A stretch of DNA of 33,660 nt from Elainellaceae cyanobacterium (GCA_051117555.1 JBNPEG010000094.1:1-33660); one strand, 5' to 3'; shown: positions 20,087 through 29,657, counted from the stretch's first letter. Translations and numbers: made by a program. The notes: generated by a model not told the origin, from the sequence alone.

Positions 20087-21265
20087 TCAACTAGCTTGCA
20101 CGCTGAGGTTTTGGACACCCCGAAGTGACTGAATGGTGGCGATCGCCTCCTGAGCAACCCGATCAATCTCATCACCTGTATTAAATCGCCCAAGCCCAAA
20201 TCGTATGGATGCATAAGCACTTTCTTGAGAGTGCCCAAGTGCCATCAGAACGTGAGACGGAGACATATCTGCAGACGTGCAGGCCGATCCGGATGAAACC
20301 GCCATAGTTGGCTGTAATCCAAGCAGCAGAGCCTGCCCATCAACCCCTTCAATGCTGATGTTGAGATTGCCAGGAAGTCGCTGAGTCGGATGACCATTCA
20401 AATGAATCCCGTCAAGTTCCTTGAGGGCGTTCCAGAGGCGATCGCGCAATCGAAGTAATCGTTGCGATTCTGATGTCATCTCAGACTGTGCAAGGTCAAC
20501 GGCTTCAGCAAACCCGACAATCTGCGGCGTATACAGCGTTCCCGATCGTAATCCGCGTTCGTGCCCGCCGCCATGAAGCTGTGGCGCTAGTTGAACTCTA
20601 GGATTGCGACGACGGACATAAAGAGCTCCAATCCCCTTGGGGCCATAAACCTTGTGAGCAGTCAGAGACATCAGATCAATCTGCATCTCATTCACATTCA
20701 AAGGAATTTTGCCAATGGCTTGCGCAGCATCGGTATGAAAGGGAATGTGTCGCTCATGACACATCGCCCCAATCGCAGCAAGCGGCTGCAAAACGCCAAT
20801 TTCGTTATTGGCTGCCATCACAGAGACGAGGATCGTATCGGGTCGAAACGCCTGCTCAAGCTCTGCTAAATCAACTAGACCATCGGGTTGAACGCCTAGA
20901 TAGGTGACGTCAAAACCGAGCGATTCTAAATACCGACACGGATCAAGGACAGCGCTGTGTTCGGTTTGCACGGTAATGATATGACGCCCGTAAGACACAT
21001 AGGCTTCTGCAACACCCTTAATTGCGAGGTTGTCAGCTTCTGTAGCACCACTCGTAAAGATGATTTCTTCTGGTGAAGCGTGAATGGCATCAGCAAGACT
21101 TTCTCGCGCCTTCTTGACAGCTGCTTCCGCCTCCCAACCATACGCATGGGTAACGCTCGCAGGATTGCCAAAATGCTGCGTGAAATACGGAATCATCACA
21201 TTCAGGACCTGTTCGTCTAAGGGAGTCGTTGAATGACAATCTAAGTAGATTGGGCGAGGAGACAT
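20087..21265 (-). CDS. iscS: Cysteine desulfurase (IscS/NifS class I)
   Basis: IYLD...TTP, FTSGATE, AHKVYGPKG and SSGSACTS motifs. Confidence 0.93.
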   Translation of the reverse strand: MSPRPIYLDCHSTTPLDEQVLNVMIPYFTQHFGNPASVTHAYGWEAEAAVKKARESLADAIHASPEEIIFTSGATEADNLAIKGVAEAYVSYGRHIITVQTEHSAVLDPCRYLESLGFDVTYLGVQPDGLVDLAELEQAFRPDTILVSVMAANNEIGVLQPLAAIGAMCHERHIPFHTDAAQAIGKIPLNVNEMQIDLMSLTAHKVYGPKGIGALYVRRRNPRVQLAPQLHGGGHERGLRSGTLYTPQIVGFAEAVDLAQSEMTSESQRLLRLRDRLWNALKELDGIHLNGHPTQRLPGNLNISIEGVDGQALLLGLQPTMAVSSGSACTSADMSPSHVLMALGHSQESAYASIRFGLGRFNTGDEIDRVAQEAIATIQSLRGVQNLSVQAS

Positions 21266-21347
21266 GAGCCGATATTTAGAATGATAGGTCTTCCTCTATT
21301 ATTCCAAATTTAGCTGGAAACGGTGCTGGCAGTGAAAGGGGGACGTA

Positions 21348-22301
21348 CTAGTTTGCTAACAGCGAGGGATCTTTCAAGTCATTGTGCAAGCCATAGTCAT
21401 GAATAGCGAACTGGATTTGAAGCATTAATCTATCTTGATTGAGAGGACGAGTTGCTTTGTGGTAGCAAAACGTATCCTCAGCGAATCCAAACCCCCTACT
21501 GCCACAAATAGGAATAATATTTTCAGAACCATAATAGTTAGCAATATGGTCATCGCTGCGACGCTTAACGGGCCAAATAGTATGAAACAAATTCTTGTTT
21601 GAGTGGCTACCTCGAACACACACATGGGGGCCGCTGTTGCTATCAACATCTGTTAAATAAAAGAAAAATCGAAGGCAAGCATAGTCGTCTAAATCGTAGT
21701 GAAAAAATGTTATAGATTGATTGGAATCATAAGGCTTTTTATCATCGACGACAAAGTTCCACCAAAGTCGGCTTCCGGTAAATAAGGGTTTAGCGCCAAA
21801 GTACATCGCGGCAATCTCGAGCAACTTTGGATCTTGCCCTAAAGCCGCAATAGCAGGGCATAGTAAGCTCGTATTGAAGTACTGAGCCGTGAATAGAGTT
21901 TGACCCTGGCTGATGTGTTCTTTTTCAGAATACAGAAAGCTACGCTGGGGATTTAAATTCGCATAGCATGGCGTTGAGTAAGCAAACTCTAATATTTCTT
22001 TTGAAATAGGGTCTGGCAATCTGATACCCAGATATAATCCATCCTTTTTCAAGGTCTTGGCAATAGTATCGGTATCAATATTTGAAAATTTAGAAGACTG
22101 AGAGACAGATTTATACTGTTGAATATTCGACGGCTGGGCTGTCTTTTTAATAAGAAAACGAATAAAATTAAATCTACCGACTATAGACATTAAAAACCAG
22201 TTCGGATTCTTTCGCATCTTATGCAGATATTTGCTGAGTCTCAGATAAATTTCAATATAAAATCCTCTGAAAAACAGAGATTTTGAGGTGTTTGTAAACA
22301 T
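21348..22301 (-). CDS. PhyH-like Fe(II)/2-oxoglutarate dioxygenase
   Basis: FHYDLD (HxD), FFYLTDV...GPHVCVRGSH and distal DT..YHK; AT-rich. Confidence 0.75.
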   Translation of the reverse strand: MFTNTSKSLFFRGFYIEIYLRLSKYLHKMRKNPNWFLMSIVGRFNFIRFLIKKTAQPSNIQQYKSVSQSSKFSNIDTDTIAKTLKKDGLYLGIRLPDPISKEILEFAYSTPCYANLNPQRSFLYSEKEHISQGQTLFTAQYFNTSLLCPAIAALGQDPKLLEIAAMYFGAKPLFTGSRLWWNFVVDDKKPYDSNQSITFFHYDLDDYACLRFFFYLTDVDSNSGPHVCVRGSHSNKNLFHTIWPVKRRSDDHIANYYGSENIIPICGSRGFGFAEDTFCYHKATRPLNQDRLMLQIQFAIHDYGLHNDLKDPSLLAN

Positions 22302-22361
22302 AATAAGAAATCTTCGTATAAACTCTAAACTTTGACTCTTATTTTTAGTAACAAATATCGA

Positions 22362-22488
22362 TATAGCGATCCTGAATTATTCATGAAATGGGAGTGCGGG
22401 CATCTTGCCCGCGTTGGCAACGCCTCTCCATCAGGAGAAGCGAGACGCTCGCACTGGAAATTCTTACAAATCATTTGGGATTGCGATA
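22362..22488. mobile_element. MITE/REP-like composite element
   Basis: Imperfect terminal inverted repeats at 22362-22388 and 22461-22488 enclose the inverted pair agtgcgggcatcttgc / gcgagacgctcgcact. Confidence 0.55.
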
Positions 22489-22924
22489 GTTCGGCTTCGT
22501 TTAGCGGCCACGAACGCGCACTTTGTTTGTATAATCGCGGCTTACTCTTCGAGAAGCCGCAAGCGTCTATAACCGCCGGCCCCCTTTAAAGCATCCTCTA
22601 AGCATTCTCGAGCTCAACCATGGGGCATAAAAATTATGAGCACCCTAGCTATGTAAGTTTCTTCAATAACCACAAAGAAATTATGACGCATCCTCGTAAG
22701 AGTGTCAGATTAATATTTTATTTTCATAAAAACTTTACTAGAGCAGGACTCGCGCAGTCCTATTTTGCTGTGTTAATAGATTAGGAATGACCTGATTGAC
22801 CAATAAAACTCTCGAAACTGCTATTCTTTCGTGGATTCGGTAGAGCGTTGGCGTTCATGAAGCATAGAGATATTAGAGGTCAATCTGGACGAGTTTTGGG
22901 ATGAGTGATAGGCGGTTGTTGTTA

Positions 22925-22963
22925 AAGGCAGAAGGCAGAGGGCAGAAGGCAAAGGGCAGAAGG
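22925..22963 (+). repeat. Heptamer tandem repeat (GGCAGAA-like, STRR type)
   Basis: aaggcagaaggcagagggcagaaggcaaagggcagaagg. Confidence 0.8.
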
Positions 22964-23063
22964 ATATTTGCGAAGTATTGGTTAGCAAAGATAGACGATA
23001 AATACCTGGTATTGCGTTGTTAGGGACGTAAGCCCCTTGCTCAAGTTATTTCTACCAAGCAGC

Positions 23064-23828
23064 TCAGCTCGTTTGGAGAGTAGGGCGAAGTAGAACATCG
23101 TGAACCTGCACATGCTCTGGCTGCGACACCACATACCAAACCGCTTCAGCAATGTCATCAGGCTGTAGAACGGGGAAACGGCTGTAGAGTTCGCGGGCTT
23201 TTTCGTCGCTTTGGTGAAATTTTTCGGCAAACTCAGTTTCCACAAAACCAGGACTAATGGATGAAACTTTGATGTGGCTATTTGCAGCACGTAGCTCTTG
23301 CCTCAAGCCTTCGGTGAGGGCACGTACTGCAAACTTGGTCGCACCATAGAAGGGACTCCCTGCACCGGGGATACGGTGTCCTGAGAGAGAGCTGATATGA
23401 ATAATATGCCCGCGATCGCCCCGGGATTGCATGTCTCGAATGGCCTCACGCGTGCAGATGCACAGTGCTAACACATTAATATCAAGCATGTCTCGCCATG
23501 CCTCGGTTTGACCATCTATCAATGAGGCTTTGTGACCCAATCCGGCATTGTTGACCAGCACATCGACCCCGCCCCACGTGTGGCGAATATGCTCAAAAAA
23601 GCTGTGAATGTCTGCTTCATGGCGAAGATCTACTGCTTGATAGAGAACCTTGCCACCATCTGCTTGTAAGTCGTTTGCAAGGTCTTGAAGCCGATCCGCT
23701 CGACGAGCACAGACTGCCAGAGCATATCCCTCAGATGCTAATCGTTGGGCGATCGCCCGACCAATGCCGCTCGATGCACCCGTGACAAGGGCAACTTTCT
23801 GCTGATTGTGCTGGTTGTCTGCTGTCAT
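23064..23828 (-). CDS. SDR family oxidoreductase (DHRS11/YdfG-like)
   Basis: TGASSGIG, NNAG, YGATK and SPGFVETEF motifs. Confidence 0.94.
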   Translation of the reverse strand: MTADNQHNQQKVALVTGASSGIGRAIAQRLASEGYALAVCARRADRLQDLANDLQADGGKVLYQAVDLRHEADIHSFFEHIRHTWGGVDVLVNNAGLGHKASLIDGQTEAWRDMLDINVLALCICTREAIRDMQSRGDRGHIIHISSLSGHRIPGAGSPFYGATKFAVRALTEGLRQELRAANSHIKVSSISPGFVETEFAEKFHQSDEKARELYSRFPVLQPDDIAEAVWYVVSQPEHVQVHDVLLRPTLQTS

Positions 23829-24101
23829 GAACGATCCCGTGTCACATCAATACCTGAGCTTAGAACAGAGTCAGGATATACCGCAAGATATAAGCCCTAC
23901 GGGCTCAGGCAGTGAGGTGTCCTAGCGCACCCCTCACCTGCTATAGGGTAAAGGCAAAACTTGATTTAACCCCCATTCTTTGAAGTAAGGCTACAAATGA
24001 ACAGTCTAGAACCTTTGCAAGGCTGGTGGCCGTCAATCCAAAATCTCAAATCCAAAATCAAGAATTGGTATAACAAGGGTACACGTAACTAGCGCGGAGC
24101 A

Positions 24102-24719
24102 ATGATCACTAGCATTCAAAATCGGGAATCATGGAGTCGGATTGGGCAGTTCCTTCTACACGGGATAAAAATTACGCTGTGCTTGATGCTAGTTGCAGCG
24201 ATTGGAGGCATGTGTGCACTCCCAGCATCCGCTGTGATTCGTGCGCATGAAGAAGCACCCGGGCAAATCTTATATAAATCTCAGTGGAGTTTGCGAGATC
24301 AGCACCAGCAGCCGTGGCAGGCGATCGCCTTCAAGCAGGTTTACCCCGACCATGAAAATCACGCCACGCTGCGGTTTGTTGGGTTTCCTGACGCCGTTTC
24401 TATCGACCACTCCCAGCCTATTTCACTCTCCAATTCTGTAGGGCAAGCGCTCACGCTACCCGATCAAACCAAGCAAATCTTTGGTGGACATCTAGATGAG
24501 CATGATGTGGATGGAAATGAATCTGATAGTAGCAAATCGAATGTTCCTTCTCCTATTGCCGCCAGCGTAGGGCAATACGATATTCAGGACGCCATCTTCG
24601 AGTTCCAACCTGATGTGCCCCTAGACGTGAGTATTGCAACGCTCCAACAGAGTGAGATTCACCTTGATATTCCGCCATGGTTAATTCAAGAATGGCAAGC
24701 CCTTGCCCAGCGCCACTAG
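24102..24719 (+). CDS. DUF3122 family protein
   Basis: Signal/TM segment; HEEAPGQILYKSQWSLRD...WQAIAFK, LRFVGFP and VGQYD motifs. Confidence 0.8.
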   Translation: MITSIQNRESWSRIGQFLLHGIKITLCLMLVAAIGGMCALPASAVIRAHEEAPGQILYKSQWSLRDQHQQPWQAIAFKQVYPDHENHATLRFVGFPDAVSIDHSQPISLSNSVGQALTLPDQTKQIFGGHLDEHDVDGNESDSSKSNVPSPIAASVGQYDIQDAIFEFQPDVPLDVSIATLQQSEIHLDIPPWLIQEWQALAQRH

Positions 24720-25081
24720 AGATTGAAACACCGACCATAGGCTGTCTACAATTTTTGACCTTCTAGATAGTTGAAGTGTCATATTCTGGATTTAGAGGCT
24801 GTTTGGGACATATTAGACGTCCTTCAGAATGAGAGCGATCGCGGCCACAGCTCGATTTTGCCAAACGTTCCTTTGGAGTTTCATCAGAGCCTCAATCAGA
24901 CCATTTCCTAAGATTCGTATCGGGATCGGTAGTTTATGGGGATAAGGGTTGATTACACCTGTAAGTTGATCCAACATTATCTAGCGCGGTTTATTGGACA
25001 CAGTGTATTCAATCTCGATATCAGCCTCGACTATCCCAAACCATCGTATTCCCTAGCCTCTTTGAGGCGGGAGAGTTAATT

Positions 25082-25876
25082 ATGCTGACGGTGCAAGTTC
25101 CCTTCTCATCTGTCTATGGTCCAGTGCAGTCATGGCGATTTGGGCGATCGCTGGGGATCGATGCCGTAGGGCCTCAGTCGGTTTGTTCGTTTAAATGCGT
25201 ATATTGCCAACTGGGTCAAATTGAGCATCAAACCCGTAAGCGGGACGTATTTGTCTCTACCGACCAAATTCTTAATGATCTGCAAGCATTTTATCCGTGG
25301 GATGTTGACGTCATTACGCTGAGTGGCAGTGGAGAACCAACGCTTGCGCTCAACCTTGGAGACATTTTGACTCGCATTAAGGCGCAGACGGATAAACCCA
25401 TTGCTGTGTTGACCAATGGTAGTTTACTCAGTGAGGATAGCGTGCGAAACGAGTTGGCGATCGCCGACCATGTGTCTATCAAATTTGATGCTATTTCAGC
25501 GGATCAGTTGAAGCGCACCAATAACCCAATTGATAGCATTGCATTTCACGAAATCTGGATTGGGATTCGACAATTTCGCTGGCAATATCGAGGCACCTTA
25601 GCCATCCAAACCATGATGCTCTCTCCCTGGGATGATCTCCATCAGATGAATTATGTTTCACTGATGCAAACCCTAACTCCCGATGAGATTCAGCTCAATA
25701 CGCTAACTCGTCCGAAGCCTCTACTTCATTCGCTTGAATCCCGGGATAATCATCATTTGACAGTCGAATATGGGGCTAAATCATTGAAGACGGTTGCAGG
25801 ACAAGACTTGAAAGACTTTGGCGATCGCATCCAAAGCGCAACTGGTATCCCAGTTCGCTATCCTAATCTCGACTAG
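25082..25876 (+). CDS. Radical SAM protein
   Basis: YGPVQSWRFGRSLGID, CSFKCVYC, SGSGEPTL and LTNGSL motifs. Confidence 0.92.
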   Translation: MLTVQVPFSSVYGPVQSWRFGRSLGIDAVGPQSVCSFKCVYCQLGQIEHQTRKRDVFVSTDQILNDLQAFYPWDVDVITLSGSGEPTLALNLGDILTRIKAQTDKPIAVLTNGSLLSEDSVRNELAIADHVSIKFDAISADQLKRTNNPIDSIAFHEIWIGIRQFRWQYRGTLAIQTMMLSPWDDLHQMNYVSLMQTLTPDEIQLNTLTRPKPLLHSLESRDNHHLTVEYGAKSLKTVAGQDLKDFGDRIQSATGIPVRYPNLD

Positions 25877-25942
25877 ATTATGCTACTGAAGACGCAATCT
25901 ATGCTCAATTAAAACCCTAGGGGAAGCTACTTTCATCTTTCC

Positions 25943-26062
25943 ATGACAGATACGATTTCAGACATCAATCGAATGAGCCAAGCCACATTTATCGAGGTGT
26001 TTGGTTCTGTGTTTGAACATACCCCGGCGATCGCCACTCATGCGTGAGCAAAGCGTCCGTAA
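25943..26062 (+). pseudogene. uraD: 5' remnant of OHCU decarboxylase
   Basis: MTDTISDINRMSQATFIEVFGSVFEHTPAIATHA*AKRP*; the N..S...F...FG.VFEHxP......W..RP pattern with Trp to TGA at 26045, then truncation. Confidence 0.75.
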
Positions 26063-26419
26063 ATTTTATCTCTTTATGCCCTGACGGGCGATCGCTCCCC
26101 CTGTAAACCGAAAAAGGCTTGGTATGGGTTGAGGCGATGATATCTTGATTCGACATCTCAAATGTAGTCGTTATGAGTTTTAGAAGCCTATAATTGGTAT
26201 AGCATATTACATTTTTATTTGCTGACACATTAATGGATTCATCGGCGCTGATCTTTAGATTAACCATGTTTAGATTCAGTTAGATCAGCGAGCGATAACG
26301 CCAGCCCCTCAATTCCCTGCCGTACCAATATTCTACGTAAGAACATGTCTGATCGAACGGGTGCAATCTTCGAAGAATTCTCCAACTTGAGGTCATCCTC
26401 AGGGCATTCATCAAATTTC

Positions 26420-26650
26420 ATGGAAGATAAAGAGCTCGTTTCTAGAATCAAATCACTCCGCGAGCAGGCAGGATTGACTCAGCGAGAGTTATCGTTCATC
26501 GTTGGCGTGACCGAAAACACGATCGCCAACTGGGAGAGTGGTCGAAGCGGGCTTGACCTGATCGAGAAACTGATTCGCCTGTGCGAGGCGCTCAACTGTA
26601 GCCTTAACGATTTAGTTGAGATTCGAGATGCCCACACTAAGCCAAATTGA
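26420..26650 (+). CDS. XRE/Cro-type HTH transcriptional regulator
   Basis: IKSLREQAGLTQRELSFIVGVTENTIANWESGR...LCEALNCSLNDL; ATG 26420 is the likely start (ORF extends to 26345). Confidence 0.9.
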   Translation: MEDKELVSRIKSLREQAGLTQRELSFIVGVTENTIANWESGRSGLDLIEKLIRLCEALNCSLNDLVEIRDAHTKPN

Positions 26651-26669
26651 CTGGGTGATTACATTCAAA

Positions 26670-28796
26670 TTACGCATAGACCCGAAAATCGCTGGGCGTC
26701 AAATCCGTCGCATTGATGCCGTCTAGTTCTGCCAAAATCTGTTCAGTTTGGCGATCGATAATGTGGGTGACGCTTTGCTGAGTCATAGAACTCATCCCTT
26801 GGGCGATCGCAATCTGACTCAGCGTTAGCCCATCAGACAGCATTAATACATCGTCTCCAATAGTGAAATCTTGAATGGTATCGGTTCCAGTACGAGACGC
26901 CAGCACAAATTGGTCAGCCCCGCTTCCTCCGTGCAGACTGTCGTTTCCGTCTCCCCCGTCGAGGATGTCATCCCCGTCTCCTCCCCGCAAAATGTCATTT
27001 CCGCCCAAGCCGCTTAGCTGATCGTCGCCACCTTGACCATTGATTACGTCTGCGGACTGATCAAAGCCCTGGGTCACATTATCACGGTCATTGAGAAATG
27101 TCGTTGTGCCTGGACGCAGAACCTGTACTTCGAGGCGATCGCTGTTGATCACATCAAAACTATTTTGAATACTGTCTTCGCCCTGAAACACAATATTGCC
27201 AATCGACTGCTGGTTATCTCCAAAATTTGAGAGGTTGTCTAAGTCATCTAAGGCAAAATCATATAAAAGCACCGCCACGCTATCTACTTCAACAAAGGTG
27301 ATGAGCAAATCATCCCCTTGCTGAGTTAACAGCATGGCCTCAGGCGTTAATCCGTCCCCGTCCAATATCAGGACGTCAAGTTCTCTAATCACCGTTTGAG
27401 ACGGATTTCCACCTCGACCAATTCCACCAAAATTTGAAATTCCGACGGTTCCCATGCCTGGCGAAATGGCGATCGCCATCTGCCCCCCAGAGGCATCCAG
27501 CTCTGAAACCTCGGGTGGAACTTCAATAGGTGGCTCAATCGGAGATGGAGACTCCCCCGATGGCGGCGGCGTTTCAATGTCTGGTTCGCTGGGGAAGGGG
27601 TCAAGAGGTCCTGGTGCTCTAGGGTCTGGATTGAGAGGAGCAGGTTGCTCATTCTGAGGATCGTCATCCCCTTCATCTGAGGATGATGCAGGAGCGATCG
27701 GTGCCGCACCATCCAACTCGTCGACGCCAGGAATGAAGGGCGAGGGTGAATCGGCGGGTGTTACAACTTGCTCAAAATTTTCTATGGGTCGAACATCTAC
27801 ATCACCGACAAATGGTTCTTCGACATCCGAGATTGGAGTCGTTGCCTCGGGAGAAGTCTGTGCAGACTCAAATACGGAGGCAGTGACGGTTGGTACAAAT
27901 ACGGTCTGTCCTAGATTAGCTGACGAATCATTAGCCGCAGGCAAGTCAGAGGATTCTCCCCCGTCATTGGAGGATGTCATATCTTCGCCTTGACGATTCG
28001 ATGCCTTGGGGCGACGCTGCTGAATCGGTACTTGCAAGGGAGCATCAGACCGGGAATTAATCGTTGAGTTAGATACCGTTTTGTTTGAGACAGCATCTTT
28101 ATCGATCGTTAGTTTGTCTGAGGGCTTAGCAATCAGAATGCGTTGGCTTGGTTGATTGTTAGCTAGAGAAGACGAATCTAGTGCCTCACTGCCTGGTATT
28201 TGCCGGACGATGTGACCTACATCAACGTCTGCCCACGTTTCGACACCCAAGAATTCAGGTCCTAGCCATTCAGCGGCCAGAGGCAGCAACACCAGTGAAG
28301 CAAGCCCGGATTCAACCCTGTCAGGTGCATTGCTTAGACTCGAAAGTCGAGGTATTAGCACAAAAAACACAAGTAAATGCAAAGCTTCAATTGCGCTGGC
28401 TGATGCAACACCTTTGATAACCTTTTTTGACAGCTCTACTCGGAAGACGCTTGTTTTCAAAAACTTTTTGACAGGCAGCACCGTCGCCGACGAGTTCGCA
28501 AACTTGCTGACATCATCGGTCACAATAAAATCAAACGAGTTTTGGTCGCTGTCCGAACACAGACGAAATATTTGAAGAAGATTTTTAATAATGTGCGTAG
28601 CGCCCTGCTCATTAATGTTTTGCTGAAGAGCAAGGCAAAAAATATCAAAGTCAGATTGGGTAATATGGGGCTCTATACGAGACGATCGCAAAACCTTTAG
28701 TAGCTGTTCAAGTTCTTGAGGAGGTTGCTCGTTTGTGACGAACATCTTCAACAAGAGATTGCCATCAACTAATACTTTGTTCAAACGTCTTTCCAA
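26670..28796 (-). CDS. Fusion protein: degenerate PIN-like N-terminus, hydrophobic segment(s), Pro/acidic linker, RTX-type Ca-binding C-terminus
   Basis: KVLVDGN...FDFIVTDDVSKF...VLPV; LHLLVFFVLI hydrophobic stretch; nonapeptides INGQGGDDQ LSGLGGNDI LRGGDGDDI LDGGDGNDS LHGGSGADQF; likely TTG start at 28784 or 28796. Confidence 0.8.
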   Translation of the reverse strand: MERRLNKVLVDGNLLLKMFVTNEQPPQELEQLLKVLRSSRIEPHITQSDFDIFCLALQQNINEQGATHIIKNLLQIFRLCSDSDQNSFDFIVTDDVSKFANSSATVLPVKKFLKTSVFRVELSKKVIKGVASASAIEALHLLVFFVLIPRLSSLSNAPDRVESGLASLVLLPLAAEWLGPEFLGVETWADVDVGHIVRQIPGSEALDSSSLANNQPSQRILIAKPSDKLTIDKDAVSNKTVSNSTINSRSDAPLQVPIQQRRPKASNRQGEDMTSSNDGGESSDLPAANDSSANLGQTVFVPTVTASVFESAQTSPEATTPISDVEEPFVGDVDVRPIENFEQVVTPADSPSPFIPGVDELDGAAPIAPASSSDEGDDDPQNEQPAPLNPDPRAPGPLDPFPSEPDIETPPPSGESPSPIEPPIEVPPEVSELDASGGQMAIAISPGMGTVGISNFGGIGRGGNPSQTVIRELDVLILDGDGLTPEAMLLTQQGDDLLITFVEVDSVAVLLYDFALDDLDNLSNFGDNQQSIGNIVFQGEDSIQNSFDVINSDRLEVQVLRPGTTTFLNDRDNVTQGFDQSADVINGQGGDDQLSGLGGNDILRGGDGDDILDGGDGNDSLHGGSGADQFVLASRTGTDTIQDFTIGDDVLMLSDGLTLSQIAIAQGMSSMTQQSVTHIIDRQTEQILAELDGINATDLTPSDFRVYA

Positions 28797-28809
28797 TCCT
28801 CAACATTGT

Positions 28810-29130
28810 TTAATCAGAACCTTTCCTAGCCTGACGATCTGAATTAGGTAGCTTGTTTGACTGATAAATTTGCCGGAGATCCTCGAGTGAGGCGCCTTCA
28901 ACTTCATCAGCGAGATCTTCAAACTTACAGTCTAATGCGTCACACAACCGCTTAAAGCGTTTTATCCATCCAACGACGTTTCGTCCTTTCTCCCAGTTAG
29001 CAAGGGTGTTTTCGGTCACACCCACCTGGTTAGATAGTTCTCGCTGCGTGAGCTGCTTTTCTTTTCGCAGGTCGGCAATTCTAAGAACGATTTCAGACTC
29101 TTCGCGTGATAGATGCTCTGCATTATCCAT
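28810..29130 (-). CDS. XRE/Cro-type HTH transcriptional regulator
   Basis: IADLRKEKQLTQRELSNQVGVTENTLANWEKGR; GAGGA upstream of the ATG; ends 13 bp before the fusion gene. Confidence 0.9.
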   Translation of the reverse strand: MDNAEHLSREESEIVLRIADLRKEKQLTQRELSNQVGVTENTLANWEKGRNVVGWIKRFKRLCDALDCKFEDLADEVEGASLEDLRQIYQSNKLPNSDRQARKGSD

Positions 29131-29326
29131 GATTTCCTCTCATGCTTTCCAAATGGGACATTCAGATACGTGCAGTTCTCACTGCCACACCGAATAGGAA
29201 TCGGTAGAAACACGTGAACGCACGATTCTCTGGAAATCCCAGGTACTATTGACCAGCAAAACGCGCTGACAACAGCCTTAAGGTGATACCTCCGCCGTTG
29301 CTCAGATCAACATCCAGTATAACGGG

Positions 29327-29414
29327 TTTGGGGAAATAATTTATGACAAATTATTTATGCCAAATTGCTTTCCCCTAAATTTTAGCCCTAAACATTTTTG
29401 GGGAAATAGTTTAT
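29327..29414. promoter_or_regulatory. Repeat-rich putative operator in divergent promoter
   Basis: TTTGGGGAAATA(a/g)TTTAT at 29327 and 29397; perfect inverted repeat aaataattt-N5-aaattattt at 29334-29356. Confidence 0.5.
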
Positions 29415-29423
29415 ACTCTGAGT

Positions 29424-29657
29424 ATGCAAAAACCCCCACGCCCGGAGAGAGCTATGTTGACCCAAATCCCTGAGTGGCATCAACACATGGAATGCCCCCG
29501 TTGTGGCAAGCATTCTGTGGTTCGTCACGGCGATAGCACTTATGTCTGCATCAGTTGCGGCTTCCGTCGCGATGTCTCAGAGCAGCCCGATGAGGGAAAT
29601 AACGCGCTGATGGCGACTGCGATCGCTACATTATTGACACTTCTGTTGATTTTGTAG
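29424..29657 (+). CDS. Small zinc-ribbon protein with C-terminal TM anchor
   Basis: CPRC...CISC and a hydrophobic C-terminus; the start may be ATG 29454 after GGAGAG. Confidence 0.7.
   Translation: MQKPPRPERAMLTQIPEWHQHMECPRCGKHSVVRHGDSTYVCISCGFRRDVSEQPDEGNNALMATAIATLLTLLLIL

Noticed and set aside
23895..24066. Hairpin (gcagtgagg...cctcacctgc) and AATCCAA-type heptamers between the SDR and DUF3122 genes
   Set aside because: Ordinary cyanobacterial intergenic repeats; no evidence for a riboswitch or ncRNA
25989..26267. 92-aa minus-strand ORF
   Set aside because: Overlaps the uraD remnant antisense and has no recognisable motif; cannot be supported
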